Shown in pieces: positions 1-9,587 of a stretch of DNA of 33,730 bases. A program made the translations under genes and the position numbers. Where the stretch lies: the sequence record SRR31156797_195; one strand, written 5' to 3'. The notes under the pieces were generated by a model. That model was not told the origin of the DNA. It did not search any database and worked only from the letters and a program-made list of their open reading frames with translations. Positions within the stretch are counted from its first letter, which is position 1. Every line of letters starts with the position of its first letter.

Positions 1-273
1 ATCATCATGGATCAGGGAATAGGTATGGATCAATTCCAAAGCGCAGGCCACGGGCAGCACTCGGCGCCCGTCCCCATCCACGGTTTCGGCACCGGCCATG
101 CAGAGGATGGGTCGCAGCCTTTTTCCGCCGGCGAAAAGGCTGTATCTCATGGCCTCTATCAAATCCGCCGTAAGGCCATCAACATGGGGAAAATATTCAT
201 CAAGAGCCCTGTCCACCTGGGTCCGTTTTTCTTTGAGGTAACCCTTTAGATCAAAGTTCACTTTGTTCACCAT
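1..273 (-). CDS. ispA: Polyprenyl/farnesyl diphosphate synthase, N-terminal part (runs off the window edge)
   Basis: Manual minus-strand translation from ATG at 273: MVNKVNFDLKGYLKEKRTQVDRALDEYFPHVDGLTADLIEAMRYSLFAGGKRLRPILCMAG...ACALELIHTYSLIHDD. Contains GGKRLRP and the start of the first DDxxD motif; usual xseB-ispA synteny. A GTG at 261 is an alternative start. Confidence 0.93.
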   Translation of the reverse strand, partial: MVNKVNFDLKGYLKEKRTQVDRALDEYFPHVDGLTADLIEAMRYSLFAGGKRLRPILCMAGAETVDGDGRRVLPVACALELIHTYSLIHDD

Positions 274-505
274 TATTTTCTCCACCCGGCCTGAAAGGCG
301 TTTCTCTGTATTTTCCACCGCTTTCCTGAACAAGCAAGGAAACCTTTTTCTCCGCTGCCTCAAGTTGGCCGGAACAATAGCCCGCCAATTGCATCCCTTC
401 CTCAAAAACTTCCAAAGATTTCCCCAGGGGCATCTCACCCCCCTCAAGGCTCTGCACGATCTCTTCCAATCGGTGCATGGCCGCTTCAAAGTTCTTTTCC
501 GTCAT
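251..505 (-). CDS. xseB: Exodeoxyribonuclease VII small subunit
   Basis: 84 aa, FEAAMHRLEEIVQSLEGGEMPLGKSLEVFEEGMQL...LEAAEKKV pattern; overlaps the ispA start. Confidence 0.95.
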   Translation of the reverse strand: MTEKNFEAAMHRLEEIVQSLEGGEMPLGKSLEVFEEGMQLAGYCSGQLEAAEKKVSLLVQESGGKYRETPFRPGGENNGEQSEL

Positions 506-542
506 TTTTCCTCCGAAATTTGAACCTGATTAAACCCTTACA

Positions 543-571
543 ACACTATAACGATGGCGCAAGGGTGTCAA
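543..571 (-). promoter_or_regulatory. Putative sigma70 promoter for xseB-ispA
   Basis: Minus strand TTGACA (571-566), 17 nt, TAGTGT (548-543). Confidence 0.55.
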
Positions 572-770
572 ATCAATTTGTGTCGGGACTCTTATTAAGC
601 CCTTGAAATGTATTATCAGAAATGTTAAAAAGACTGGCATTTGATCTCTGATGATCTGTTGCTTTGGGTTGATAATCAGAGCCATTGTGGCCCTTGGATC
701 GCTCAGACGGCAATTTGGATTTTTTTGATTTTTCTGTTTCAAACTACAAATCAGGGGAGGAAAAGAGTGT

Positions 771-1328
771 ATGGAAAAGAAAATCATCACCGGGTTAACG
801 GCAATTCTCTTTATCTGTTCGGTTTTCTTTATGACTTCTTGCGCGAAAAAGCAAGTGGGCGTAGCCGGCGGTGTAAACCCGCCTGTCGGTGAATCCGAAG
901 AAGTTGTCGTCGTTAAAGAAGAGCCGAAAGTCGTGGTGGTAGAAGGTATTGAAGCTGAGAAAGCCGCGGCCAGGCAGGCCGCCTTAATTTCAGATTTCGA
1001 AAACCTTAATATCTACTTCGATTACGACAGAAGCAATCTGAAACCTGATGCGCAGCAGGTTTTGACGGAAAAAGCTGATTTTCTGCGTGCGAATCCCTCT
1101 TACTCGGTCCTTATTGCCGGCAACTGCGATGACAGGGGCACGGAAGAATACAACCTGGCCCTGGGTGAAAGGCGGGCCATGGCCGCAAAGAAATATCTCA
1201 TTGCCTTGGGAATTTCTCCGGACCGTCTGAAAACCATCAGCTACGGTGAACTTAGGCCGGCGGATCCCGCTAATAATCCCGTTGCATGGGCCTTGAACAG
1301 AAGGGATACATTCAAACTGTTTCAATAG
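771..1328 (+). CDS. pal: Peptidoglycan-associated lipoprotein (OmpA-C domain)
   Basis: Lipoprotein signal ending MTSC; IYFDYDRSNL...GNCDDRGTEEYNLALGERRA...ISYGE..P...NRR; followed by cpoB. Confidence 0.95.
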   Translation: MEKKIITGLTAILFICSVFFMTSCAKKQVGVAGGVNPPVGESEEVVVVKEEPKVVVVEGIEAEKAAARQAALISDFENLNIYFDYDRSNLKPDAQQVLTEKADFLRANPSYSVLIAGNCDDRGTEEYNLALGERRAMAAKKYLIALGISPDRLKTISYGELRPADPANNPVAWALNRRDTFKLFQ

Positions 1329-1377
1329 TCCCGGTGTTTTGGCGATATCATCGAAAAAAGCCGTTCATGATAAACTC

Positions 1378-1421
1378 CCGGTGTTGCGCCTTCATGGTCC
1401 GGCGTAGCACCGGTTTTAGTT
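1378..1421 (+). terminator. Putative intrinsic terminator after pal
   Basis: CCGGTGTTGCGCC / GGCGTAGCACCGG 13-bp stem (two G-U pairs), 10-nt loop, followed by TTTTAGTT. Confidence 0.6.
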
Positions 1422-1489
1422 CAAAATCTTTTACATTGTCCCGATTAACCAGGATATTATTCCAACATGTTGGCCAAATGGGGTGAAAT

Positions 1490-2344
1490 ATGGGAATTCA
1501 TGTTTTGTTAAAACCCACCGGTATCAAACTGGTCTTCTTTTTCCCTTGTCTCCTTTTTTTATCTTCCTGCGTCACGGAAGAGAAATTTCTGTATCTCAGC
1601 AAAAGAATCGACGCCATTGAATCAAAAACAGACAAGGAGCTGATTTCAAGCAGCAAGCGCATGGCCACAAACAACGCTGAAATGGATCAGCTGAAAGAAG
1701 AGATGCGGTTTCTAAACGGCCGCCTGGACGAAAACAGCCATCTTCTAAAACGGTCCATCGAAAGGGATACGACCGCGGGAGACACCCTGGGCGAGGGTGT
1801 TTCCGAATTGCGGGAGAGAATGTCCCGGTTGGAATCGCGTGTTGACCGGATTTCTACCTATCTGGGTCTTGAACCCATAACCCCGCCCAAGAAAAAAGAT
1901 GCCTTCACTGTCCCCCGGATCCGGAAACCGGTCACACCGATCGCGCCACCAAAGCCCGAGGTAAAAATACCCCCTGACCAGAAGCTTTATGACATCAACA
2001 TGGATATTTATCGCAAGGAAAAGTACGAGGAAACCATCGTCGGTTTCAAGAACTTTCTCAAAAAGTATCCAAAATCCAAACTGGCCGACAATGCAGCTTT
2101 CTGGATCGGAGAATCATACATGGCCTTAAAGCAGTATGAACAGGCCATTTTGGCTTTTCAGAAGGTAATAAAAAAATATCCCAGAGGAAACAAGGTTCCC
2201 AACGCGCTTCTCAGGCAGGCCTTGGCTTTTCACGAACTCAACGACAAGACCAGTGCCAAATTGCTGCTCAGAAAGCTTATCAAAAAATACCCCAAATCCA
2301 ACGAAGCAAAAATTGCCAGAAGAAAACTGAAGACAATAAAATAA
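1490..2344 (+). CDS. cpoB: Tol-Pal system protein CpoB/YbgF (coiled coil + TPR)
   Basis: Lipobox-like LSSC, coiled-coil N half, Pro-rich linker, TPRs (FLKKYPKSKLADNAAFWIGESY...YPRGNKVPNALL); downstream of pal. Confidence 0.9.
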   Translation: MGIHVLLKPTGIKLVFFFPCLLFLSSCVTEEKFLYLSKRIDAIESKTDKELISSSKRMATNNAEMDQLKEEMRFLNGRLDENSHLLKRSIERDTTAGDTLGEGVSELRERMSRLESRVDRISTYLGLEPITPPKKKDAFTVPRIRKPVTPIAPPKPEVKIPPDQKLYDINMDIYRKEKYEETIVGFKNFLKKYPKSKLADNAAFWIGESYMALKQYEQAILAFQKVIKKYPRGNKVPNALLRQALAFHELNDKTSAKLLLRKLIKKYPKSNEAKIARRKLKTIK

Positions 2345-2387
2345 CAGCGGTTGCCGGTTCACAATAGAAAGCGACATCCAAATTGAG

Positions 2388-2420
2388 AAAACGGTTAACG
2401 ATTTAATCCGTTTTATTTTT
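2388..2420. terminator. Possible bidirectional terminator between convergent cpoB and CLC genes
   Basis: AAAACGGTTAA-cgat-TTAA(T)CCGTTTT hairpin with A/T runs on both sides. Confidence 0.4.
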
Positions 2421-4680
2421 CAGCCATCACATCATTGAATGCCGACATCATATCACTTCGACTGATGACCCCCAGGAGTTTTTCAGGATCATCGCGATCC
2501 ACCACCGGAAGCACGGCGTAATCTCCCGAAGTAATTTTGGTCAAGGCTGACAGGAGGGTCTCGCCCCGGGTGACCGTAACCACGTCACGGGTCGCCATAT
2601 GCCCTGCGGTAATGGACCGTTTGCCTTTTTTCAGCGCCCTTTTGCAGTCGGAAATAGACAGAATACCTTTGAGCCTCCCTTGGTCGTCCACCACTGGAAA
2701 ACTGCTGAAACGGCTTTCATAAATCAGCTTTTTGAGCCCTTCCAGATCCACCGCGCTATTAACCGGTTCCACGGTGGGCGTCATGGCATCACCCACAAGC
2801 ACCCCCCTGAAACGGCTCATTTCACTGTCCGATACAGGCGCAGTACGGCTTCTCGGATCTTCAGCGGTACCCGCCTTCATTTCCTCAACCCGCTTGTTGT
2901 AACACTCTATCAGATCCCTGCGATCAAGCATACCGATAAGAACCGCATGATCCTCGTCTCGCACCACCGGCACCCGTTGCAGGTTACGAATGGTGCATTT
3001 TTTCAATACGGCATTTAAATCTTCATCAGGGGTCGTAAAAATGATATGGGGATTTGCCACATCTTTCATCCGTACCAGGTCCCCGATTTCCTGGTCAAAA
3101 ATAACACCGCGGATATCGTTAATGGAAAAGATCCCGGTAAGCCTGTTTTCCTTGTCCACAACGGGGTAATAGTGCTGGTGGCTTGAGCTGAAAATTTTTC
3201 TGAACCGCTTCAAAGTCATATCCTGAGGAATCAATTGCACTTTCCTGAACTTACCGGTCAACTCCTTCACACGAATGGCTTCAAGGATGTCCACGAAGAA
3301 ATCCCCCCGATGGGCATTGGAATCAATTTTTGACTTTGCCTGTTTATCATAAATGGTCCACTTCTGGGAAATCAGATAGGCCAGTGAACACACAAGAAGG
3401 CCCGGGAGGAGTAGATGATAGGAATTGGTCATCTCGCTGACAAATATGATCGTAGAAATTGGGGTATTGGAAACACCAGCGAAAAAACCCGCCATGCCCA
3501 CCACCACAAAGGCGCCCGGCTGGGTCACCACGTTGGGCATAATGTCATGAAAAATTCTTCCCACGGCCCCACCCAGGGCCCCGCCAATCACCACCGAAGG
3601 GCCGAAGACGCCGCCGCTGCCCCCTGAGCCGATGGAAAAAGAGGTGGTCAATATTTTACCCAATGCCAGGGCCAGAAGAAACAGGGCGGGAAGTTCATTG
3701 TCCAACGCCATTTGTGCAAAGCCGTAACCGAACGACAGGGCTTCCGGCAGAAAGAAGCCGATGGCCCCCGTCAACAGCCCCCCGATGGCCGGCTTGATGT
3801 GATTGGGGAGATTAAACTTTTTGAAAGCCCCCTGAACACCATAGAAGGTTTTTACATACAGGAAACCCGCCGCTGCCAGTACGACGGCCAGAACCGTATA
3901 AGGGCCCAGCTCCAGGGGATTTCGGAATACAAAAGGTTCCGCTTCAAAAAGAGAGCCCCATCCAAAAACCAGACAGAAAACGCAGTAGGCCACCACCGAT
4001 GAGATTCCGGCGGGAATAATCACCTCCGATTCAAATTCCGGGTCCCGATAAAGGACCTCGGCGGCAAATAGGGCCCCTGCCAGCGGCGCCCTGAAAATAC
4101 TTCCCACACCGGCCCCCATACCGGCCGCCAGCATGATCCGGCGTTCCCGGTCTGAAAGTTTCAGCTTTGTGGCGAGAAATGATCCAAATCCGGCGCCGAT
4201 CTGGGCGATAGGCCCCTCACGGCCCCCCGATCCTCCCGATGTCAATGTAATGGCGGACGCAAAGGTTTTGATGATGGGAATCCTTCCGCGGATAAAGCCC
4301 CCCTTGTTGTGGTAGGAATCGATGGCGGCATCGGTACCGTGTCCTTCGGCTTCCGGTGCAAAGGTATATACAAGCCACCCACTGACAAGCCCCCCGAAAA
4401 CCGGCAGAAAAAGGAGGACCCATCGGTTGAAAACGGTCTTTGTGGGCTCAAAGAGATGTCCTTCACCCGGGGGCGCGGGAGGTCTATACCCGGCGATCTG
4501 GTCCAACAGGAAATGAGATCCGATTTGACAGAGAAAATGAAAAAAGATGGATCCCAGGCCGGCAATGAGACCGATCAGGATGAAGTAAAAGCCCCATTTC
4601 CCCACCGTTCTGATGGTGTCGGATTGTTCCTTTAACCTGTTCTTATCGGGCCAGAGTTTGCGTTTGTTTCCGTGGGCCAT
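2413..4680 (-). CDS. CLC-family chloride channel/antiporter with two C-terminal CBS pairs
   Basis: 755 aa; GHGTD, GREGP (gating Glu) and GGVFGP motifs; many TM helices; four CBS-like repeats (YPVVD..GI, VPVV...GML, FPVVD..GIL, LPVVD...GVISRSD). Confidence 0.92.
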   Translation of the reverse strand: MAHGNKRKLWPDKNRLKEQSDTIRTVGKWGFYFILIGLIAGLGSIFFHFLCQIGSHFLLDQIAGYRPPAPPGEGHLFEPTKTVFNRWVLLFLPVFGGLVSGWLVYTFAPEAEGHGTDAAIDSYHNKGGFIRGRIPIIKTFASAITLTSGGSGGREGPIAQIGAGFGSFLATKLKLSDRERRIMLAAGMGAGVGSIFRAPLAGALFAAEVLYRDPEFESEVIIPAGISSVVAYCVFCLVFGWGSLFEAEPFVFRNPLELGPYTVLAVVLAAAGFLYVKTFYGVQGAFKKFNLPNHIKPAIGGLLTGAIGFFLPEALSFGYGFAQMALDNELPALFLLALALGKILTTSFSIGSGGSGGVFGPSVVIGGALGGAVGRIFHDIMPNVVTQPGAFVVVGMAGFFAGVSNTPISTIIFVSEMTNSYHLLLPGLLVCSLAYLISQKWTIYDKQAKSKIDSNAHRGDFFVDILEAIRVKELTGKFRKVQLIPQDMTLKRFRKIFSSSHQHYYPVVDKENRLTGIFSINDIRGVIFDQEIGDLVRMKDVANPHIIFTTPDEDLNAVLKKCTIRNLQRVPVVRDEDHAVLIGMLDRRDLIECYNKRVEEMKAGTAEDPRSRTAPVSDSEMSRFRGVLVGDAMTPTVEPVNSAVDLEGLKKLIYESRFSSFPVVDDQGRLKGILSISDCKRALKKGKRSITAGHMATRDVVTVTRGETLLSALTKITSGDYAVLPVVDRDDPEKLLGVISRSDMMSAFNDVMAEK

Positions 4681-4736
4681 GGGAGCTACTTTCTTCCATT
4701 AGGATTTTTTTAAAATTATTCTTATTTTTCAGGCCT

Positions 4737-4765
4737 TTTATAATGATGCCACGGGGCCTCGTCAA
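4737..4765 (-). promoter_or_regulatory. Putative sigma70 promoter for the CLC gene
   Basis: Minus strand TTGACG-N17-TATAAA. Confidence 0.45.
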
Positions 4766-4922
4766 GGGGTAAGTGCACTTACCTCATTTGGCGGACGGCA
4801 TTTTCGAAAGGGAATATCACCTCGCCAATACCCATGAAAAATGCGTTTGGAAAGCCAAAATACAAATAGAGTGAAAAAATTGGCAAAACTTCATTTAACA
4901 TCGGCTATTAACAGAAATTTTA

Positions 4923-4952
4923 TTGACTTTAAGTCTTCTCGGCATTAAAGTC
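4923..4952 (+). promoter_or_regulatory. Putative sigma70 promoter with overlapping inverted repeat upstream of the HTH gene
   Basis: TTGACT (4923-4928)-N17-TAAAGT (4946-4951); inverted repeat GACTTTAA-N12-TTAAAGTC (4925-4952). Confidence 0.5.
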
Positions 4953-5027
4953 TAATGAAATGGGAAATTGGGCTTTTTCGTCCTACAAAATACCCATTAA
5001 ACCTATTTGAATATTGAGGAGTATGTT

Positions 5028-5198
5028 ATGCCAAAAATAATGACAACCAAGGAAATTGCAAAATATTTAAAGCTGCATGAGATCACCATTTGTAAGTATG
5101 CGGCTGAAGGAAAAATTCCTGCAATCCGGATCGGAAGAGTATGGAGATTCGATAAAGATGCCATCGATCGATGGATCGGAGGCGGTCAGAAAGACTGA
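5028..5198 (+). CDS. Small excisionase-type (HTH_17/MerR-like) DNA-binding protein
   Basis: 56 aa MPKIMTTKEIAKYLKLHEITICKYAAEGKIPAIRIGRVWRFDKDAIDRWI; GAGGAG SD just upstream of ATG 5028. Confidence 0.88.
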   Translation: MPKIMTTKEIAKYLKLHEITICKYAAEGKIPAIRIGRVWRFDKDAIDRWIGGGQKD

Positions 5199-5274
5199 GA
5201 CACCATTTTTCGATTCCCCATAGCCCGTTGACCATGATTGAACCACAAGTGGAGAAAGCACGCCTTCTGGATTT

Positions 5275-6450
5275 TCACGAATAGAGCAGGCTCGGGTTGA
5301 TCCACTGGCGATAGGTTTCGAGATCTGACACCCAGTCTTTCTGTAGGAGAGAGAGAGAGCGGCCGGATTCCAGACCATGCCGAAGGGAAACACTCCCTAA
5401 AATCATGTCGATGGGCTTTTTTTTGTATTCATATTCATAGGGCGGCCGTTTCCACTCAAAATGCTCACCATATAACGAAATCACAGCTTGCAACAGCGCC
5501 AAAGCGGTATGGTAGGGACGATAGGCATTAAGGTCTGACACGTGAATCATGAAGCCGCGACAGAGCTTACCGGACCATTTGTGAAAGGTGGGGCGAAACA
5601 GGTAATCCTGCAAACGGCACCCATTGAGGGCCTCGGGATCCAGGTGTTTTCTGATGGCTGCCGGGTCAAAGTAAGGCGCACCGAAAATTTCAAAAGGTCT
5701 GCAGGTGCCTCTCCCTTCGGAAATATGGGTCCCTTCCCATAAAACTTGACCGGGATAGACGAATGCCGTTTCGGGAAAGGGCATGTTGGGGGAAGGCATC
5801 ATCCATGTGAGGCCGTTATCGTACCAGGTCATGTGCCTGTGCCATCCGACCATGGGTAAGATTTCAAGATCGCATCCAAGTGCGAAAACCCGGTTGAAAA
5901 GTCGGGCCATTTCTCCCATGGTGAGGCCGTGTCGCATGGGCAGGGGTGCGGGACCCACAAATGAGAAAAGCTCGGGAGAAAGGCGATTTCCTTCCAGGAG
6001 ATCCCCGCCAAGGGGATTGGGTCGGTCCAGCACTACGATTTTTTTTCCAAAACGGGCTGCACCCCTCATGCAACGAAGCATGGTGGATGAGAACGTATAG
6101 ACCCGTGTTCCAACATCCTGAAGGTCCACGATCAGTGTATCGATAAGATCAAACATCCGAGGACCCGGATCCCTTGAATCGGCGTACAGGCTGAAAACGG
6201 GAATATTCAGGGTTTGATCCCGCGCGTGGGGGGTTTCCACCATATTGTCCTGGTCTTCTCCCCCGTAGCCGTGTTGTGGCCCGAAAAGTGCTCGGAGTTG
6301 ACCGGGAAGTCGTTTTGCAACCACATCCCGTGCGGTTTCAAGGTTCCGGTTGAGCGACGCCTGGTTTGAAAGTAGGCCGAGCCGCTGTCCCTTAAAGCGG
6401 GTCCATTCCCCTTCGGTTAGGCAATCAAGGCCTGTAAGGACATTTTTCAT
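5275..6450 (-). CDS. DUF1343 / NamZ-family exo-beta-N-acetylmuramidase-like protein
   Basis: GLLSNQAS, LFGPQHG, DLQDVGTRVYTF, LDRPNPLGG, RHGLTMGE, PSPNMP and SEGRGT.RPFE motifs. Start placed at ATG 6450; the ORF extends to 6489. Confidence 0.88.
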   Translation of the reverse strand: MKNVLTGLDCLTEGEWTRFKGQRLGLLSNQASLNRNLETARDVVAKRLPGQLRALFGPQHGYGGEDQDNMVETPHARDQTLNIPVFSLYADSRDPGPRMFDLIDTLIVDLQDVGTRVYTFSSTMLRCMRGAARFGKKIVVLDRPNPLGGDLLEGNRLSPELFSFVGPAPLPMRHGLTMGEMARLFNRVFALGCDLEILPMVGWHRHMTWYDNGLTWMMPSPNMPFPETAFVYPGQVLWEGTHISEGRGTCRPFEIFGAPYFDPAAIRKHLDPEALNGCRLQDYLFRPTFHKWSGKLCRGFMIHVSDLNAYRPYHTALALLQAVISLYGEHFEWKRPPYEYEYKKKPIDMILGSVSLRHGLESGRSLSLLQKDWVSDLETYRQWINPSLLYS

Positions 6451-6546
6451 ATGCAAACCATTTTCCCGTTCTCCGGTATTTGGAACCATAGTAGGCCATA
6501 TCTATTTTATTTTCAAGGCCCACCCCCCTCATCCTTCCGAGACCAC

Positions 6547-7482
6547 ATGAAAGGCTCTATCTTTAGACTCCCTCAATCCCATAAATGGGCCCGGCTTATA
6601 AAAACGGGAATCCTTCTCTTTTTCTGTATATTTTTTTCGTTTACGGCGCCCAGTCCCCATGCCGCCCAATTCGACACTCTTGAAGACGACGGGGTGGTCG
6701 TGCTTTTTCCGCCGGCACTCGGGACGGCCGCCAAAGAGGCTGTCCAAATAACACCCGGCATCAAAAAAGATCTTCAGGAAACATTCGGCTGGTCCTTCTA
6801 TTTTAAAACCACCATCATTCTCATGAAAGATTCCCGGCGTTTCCGGCAAATGACCCACAGCCCCCTTATTGTGGGTTTTGCCATACCCAAAAAGGATCTT
6901 GTGGTCATAGATTACCCCAGAACCGGGAACCCTGTAAATTTTCAAAATATCCTGAAGCATGAACTGTGTCATCTGCTCCTTCATAAACACATTCGGAATG
7001 TCCCCATTCCACGATGGTTCGACGAAGGCATTGCCCAGTGGGCCGGCAACGGGGTTATGGACATTCTCCACGACCAAAGGGATGCCCTGTTGCCGAAAGC
7101 CGCCTTCTCCGATCGGCTCATCCCATTGGGCGCCCTGAACAAGAGATTTCCCGGAAACGCAAATGCCTTGCGTCTGGCCTATGAAGAAAGCAGAAGCATG
7201 ATCGATTATATCATCAGTACCCATGGAAAGTCGGGGTTGCTCGAAATTTCGGCATTGATGAAAGAGAACGTCCCGCTGCGAGAAGCCTTTTTCATGGCCT
7301 TCGGCACACCCCTTTACAAAATTGAAAAAGAATGGCATGCCTCCCTTAGGCGGAACATTGCTTGGTTTGCGCACCTGAGCTATTACCTGTATGAAATTCT
7401 CTTTGCCCTGGGGGGGTTGATTGTTGTTTACGGCTTCATTAAAGTGTTGAGAAAAAAAAGGGCCTATATGGAAGAAGAGTAA
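6547..7482 (+). CDS. Membrane-anchored peptidase MA-like (gluzincin) zinc metalloprotease
   Basis: HELCH zinc motif followed by PRWFDEGIAQW; N-terminal hydrophobic signal and C-terminal TM helix. Start uncertain. Confidence 0.78.
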   Translation: MKGSIFRLPQSHKWARLIKTGILLFFCIFFSFTAPSPHAAQFDTLEDDGVVVLFPPALGTAAKEAVQITPGIKKDLQETFGWSFYFKTTIILMKDSRRFRQMTHSPLIVGFAIPKKDLVVIDYPRTGNPVNFQNILKHELCHLLLHKHIRNVPIPRWFDEGIAQWAGNGVMDILHDQRDALLPKAAFSDRLIPLGALNKRFPGNANALRLAYEESRSMIDYIISTHGKSGLLEISALMKENVPLREAFFMAFGTPLYKIEKEWHASLRRNIAWFAHLSYYLYEILFALGGLIVVYGFIKVLRKKRAYMEEE

Positions 7483-7583
7483 GCCGCCCATCAAAAGGTT
7501 TGGTTGATATTTTCTCTCAGGTATGCCAAAGTTCCCCCATTGTGTACGTGCAGACAGTTCGTCAATGAAAGGAGTCAATAAAA

Positions 7584-9587
7584 ATGGAATTTCCTCTCTT
7601 ATTTTCCCCCATCACCATCCAGAACATGGAATTGAAGAACCGGATCGTCATGACCGCCATGCATCTGGGTTATACCCCACAGGGAGAAGTCACGGACCAA
7701 CTCGTTAATTTCTACGCCGAAAGAGCCCGAGGGGGGGTTGGCCTTGCCGTTGTTGGGGGATGTCCCATTGATGAATTCGGCGGGATGGTCGGCATGATCG
7801 CCCTCCACGATGACCGGTTTATTCCCGGATTGACGCGGCTTACCGATGCGGTTAAAGACCATGGCGCCAAAATCGCTGCTCAACTCTATCAGGCGGGGCG
7901 GTATACCCATTCCGCCATGATCGGGGGTCGGAAACCCATATCAGCCTCCGCCGTTCGTTCCAGACTGACGGGTGAAACCCCCAGGGCGCTTAAACTTGAG
8001 GAAATTTGCGGCGTACAGGAGAAGTTTGCGGAAGCAGCCGTGCGGGCGCGGGAAGCGGGATTTGATGCGGTTGAAATCCTCGGAAGCGCAGGATACCTCA
8101 TCAGCCAGTTCCTGTCTCCCATTACCAATCTTCGTGAGGACGAATACGGGGGCTCTTTCGAAAACCGCATGCGCTTCGGTATCGAAACCATTTTGAAAGT
8201 TCGAAAGGCCTTAGGCCCGGATTATCCGATACTGCTGCGCATTGCCGGCAACGATTTCATGAAAGGGAGCAACACCAACCGTGAGGCAAAGCTATTTGCC
8301 GCGGAAGCTGAAAAAGCGGGCGTCGACCTCTTTAATGTAACCGGCGGATGGCATGAAACACGTGTACCGCAACTCACCATGGGCGTTCCCAGAAAGGCCT
8401 ATGTATACCTGGCCAGAGGAATCCGTTCCGTCGTGTCGGCGCCGGTTATTTCCAGTAACCGCATCAATGATCCCGGGGTAGCCGAGGAGGTCCTTCGAAG
8501 CGGTGGTGCGGACCTGGTGACCATGGCCAGGGGACTGCTGGCTGACCCCGAATTGCCCAACAAGGCCCGTACCGGTAAATCTCGTTTTATTTATCATTGC
8601 GTGGCGTGCAACCAGGGTTGTTTTGACTCCATTTTTCAGGGACGTCCCGCCACCTGTATGGTGAACCCACGGGCCGGTCGAGAAGCTGAACTAAAGATAA
8701 AACCCGCTCCAAAATCCCGCAAAATACTTGTTGTGGGCGGGGGGGCCGCCGGTATGACGGTGGCATGTACCGCCAAAGACCGGGGCCACCATTTGGTTCT
8801 CATGGAGAAAAGTGATAAACTGGGGGGGCAGATTCTATTAAACCATTCAATCCCCGGGCGGGAAGAGCTTGAGACAGCAGCCATCGACCTGATCCATAAC
8901 CTTCGGGACAAGGGCGTGGAGACGGTTTTGGAAAAGACGGCAACACCTGCCCTCATCCGCCAAATGGCACCGGATGTGGTGGTGTTGGCCACCGGCGCCC
9001 AACCCACAACACCGAAAATCAAGGGCATCAATGGTGACAATGTAATTCAGGCATGGGAACTGCTGGAGAAAAAGACGGAAACAGGAGAAAACGTGGTGGT
9101 TCTGGGCGGCAATGCCGTGGGCCTGGAAACCGCGCTCTTTCTGGCCAACCAGGGAACCCTGTCACCCGAAGTGCTTCATTTTCTCATGGTGAACCGCGCT
9201 GAAACGCCCGAAACATTGACGGAATTGCTCAACCGGGGAACCAAGCAGGTCACCGTAGTTGAAATGACCAAAAAAGCAGGCGCCGATGTGGGATTAACCA
9301 CCAAATGGACCCTTGTGGGGGAACTGAAACGGCTCGGCGTGAAAATTCTAACCCAAACCGAAGCTGTTGAAATAACACCTGAAGGAATCCAGATGGAAGA
9401 TGAACAGGGACCTGGATTTATCCCTGCCGATACCATCGTGCTCGCTACGGGTTCAAAGGCGGAAAATGGCCTGGTGGATAAAATAGAAGGCCAGGTGCCT
9501 GAAATCCATGTGATCGGAGACGCCAAAAAACCGCGAAACGTGCTGACCGCCATTCGAGAAGGGTTCCAACTGGGGTTAACCCTGTAA
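7584..9587 (+). CDS. fadH: Old yellow enzyme family NADH:flavin oxidoreductase, 2,4-dienoyl-CoA reductase (FadH)-like
   Basis: 667 aa; GSAGYLISQFLSP..N.R.DEYGGS and GWHE (FadH-type Tyr and His); Fe-S motif CVACNQGC...C; two Rossmann motifs (VVGGGAAG, VLGGNAVG); SD AGGAG. Confidence 0.8.
   Translation: MEFPLLFSPITIQNMELKNRIVMTAMHLGYTPQGEVTDQLVNFYAERARGGVGLAVVGGCPIDEFGGMVGMIALHDDRFIPGLTRLTDAVKDHGAKIAAQLYQAGRYTHSAMIGGRKPISASAVRSRLTGETPRALKLEEICGVQEKFAEAAVRAREAGFDAVEILGSAGYLISQFLSPITNLREDEYGGSFENRMRFGIETILKVRKALGPDYPILLRIAGNDFMKGSNTNREAKLFAAEAEKAGVDLFNVTGGWHETRVPQLTMGVPRKAYVYLARGIRSVVSAPVISSNRINDPGVAEEVLRSGGADLVTMARGLLADPELPNKARTGKSRFIYHCVACNQGCFDSIFQGRPATCMVNPRAGREAELKIKPAPKSRKILVVGGGAAGMTVACTAKDRGHHLVLMEKSDKLGGQILLNHSIPGREELETAAIDLIHNLRDKGVETVLEKTATPALIRQMAPDVVVLATGAQPTTPKIKGINGDNVIQAWELLEKKTETGENVVVLGGNAVGLETALFLANQGTLSPEVLHFLMVNRAETPETLTELLNRGTKQVTVVEMTKKAGADVGLTTKWTLVGELKRLGVKILTQTEAVEITPEGIQMEDEQGPGFIPADTIVLATGSKAENGLVDKIEGQVPEIHVIGDAKKPRNVLTAIREGFQLGLTL

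Noticed and set aside
7-249. 80-aa plus-strand ORF
   Set aside because: Antisense shadow of the partial ispA.
5028-5198. Prophage or integrative element suggested by the excisionase-like gene
   Set aside because: No integrase, tRNA, att repeat or phage genes; the flanks are housekeeping genes.
5534-5549. parS-like TCTGACACGTGAATCA (and a weaker one near 18856-18871)
   Set aside because: Four or more mismatches and inside coding sequence; likely chance CACGTG cores.
6529-7578. 349-aa minus-strand ORF
   Set aside because: Antisense to the HExxH peptidase; no recognisable motifs.
7584-9587. OYE as an aryl-CoA (e.g. naphthoyl-CoA) reductase
   Set aside because: FadH-type Tyr and GWHE motifs are present and no aromatic-degradation genes are adjacent; substrate cannot be assigned without a phylogeny.
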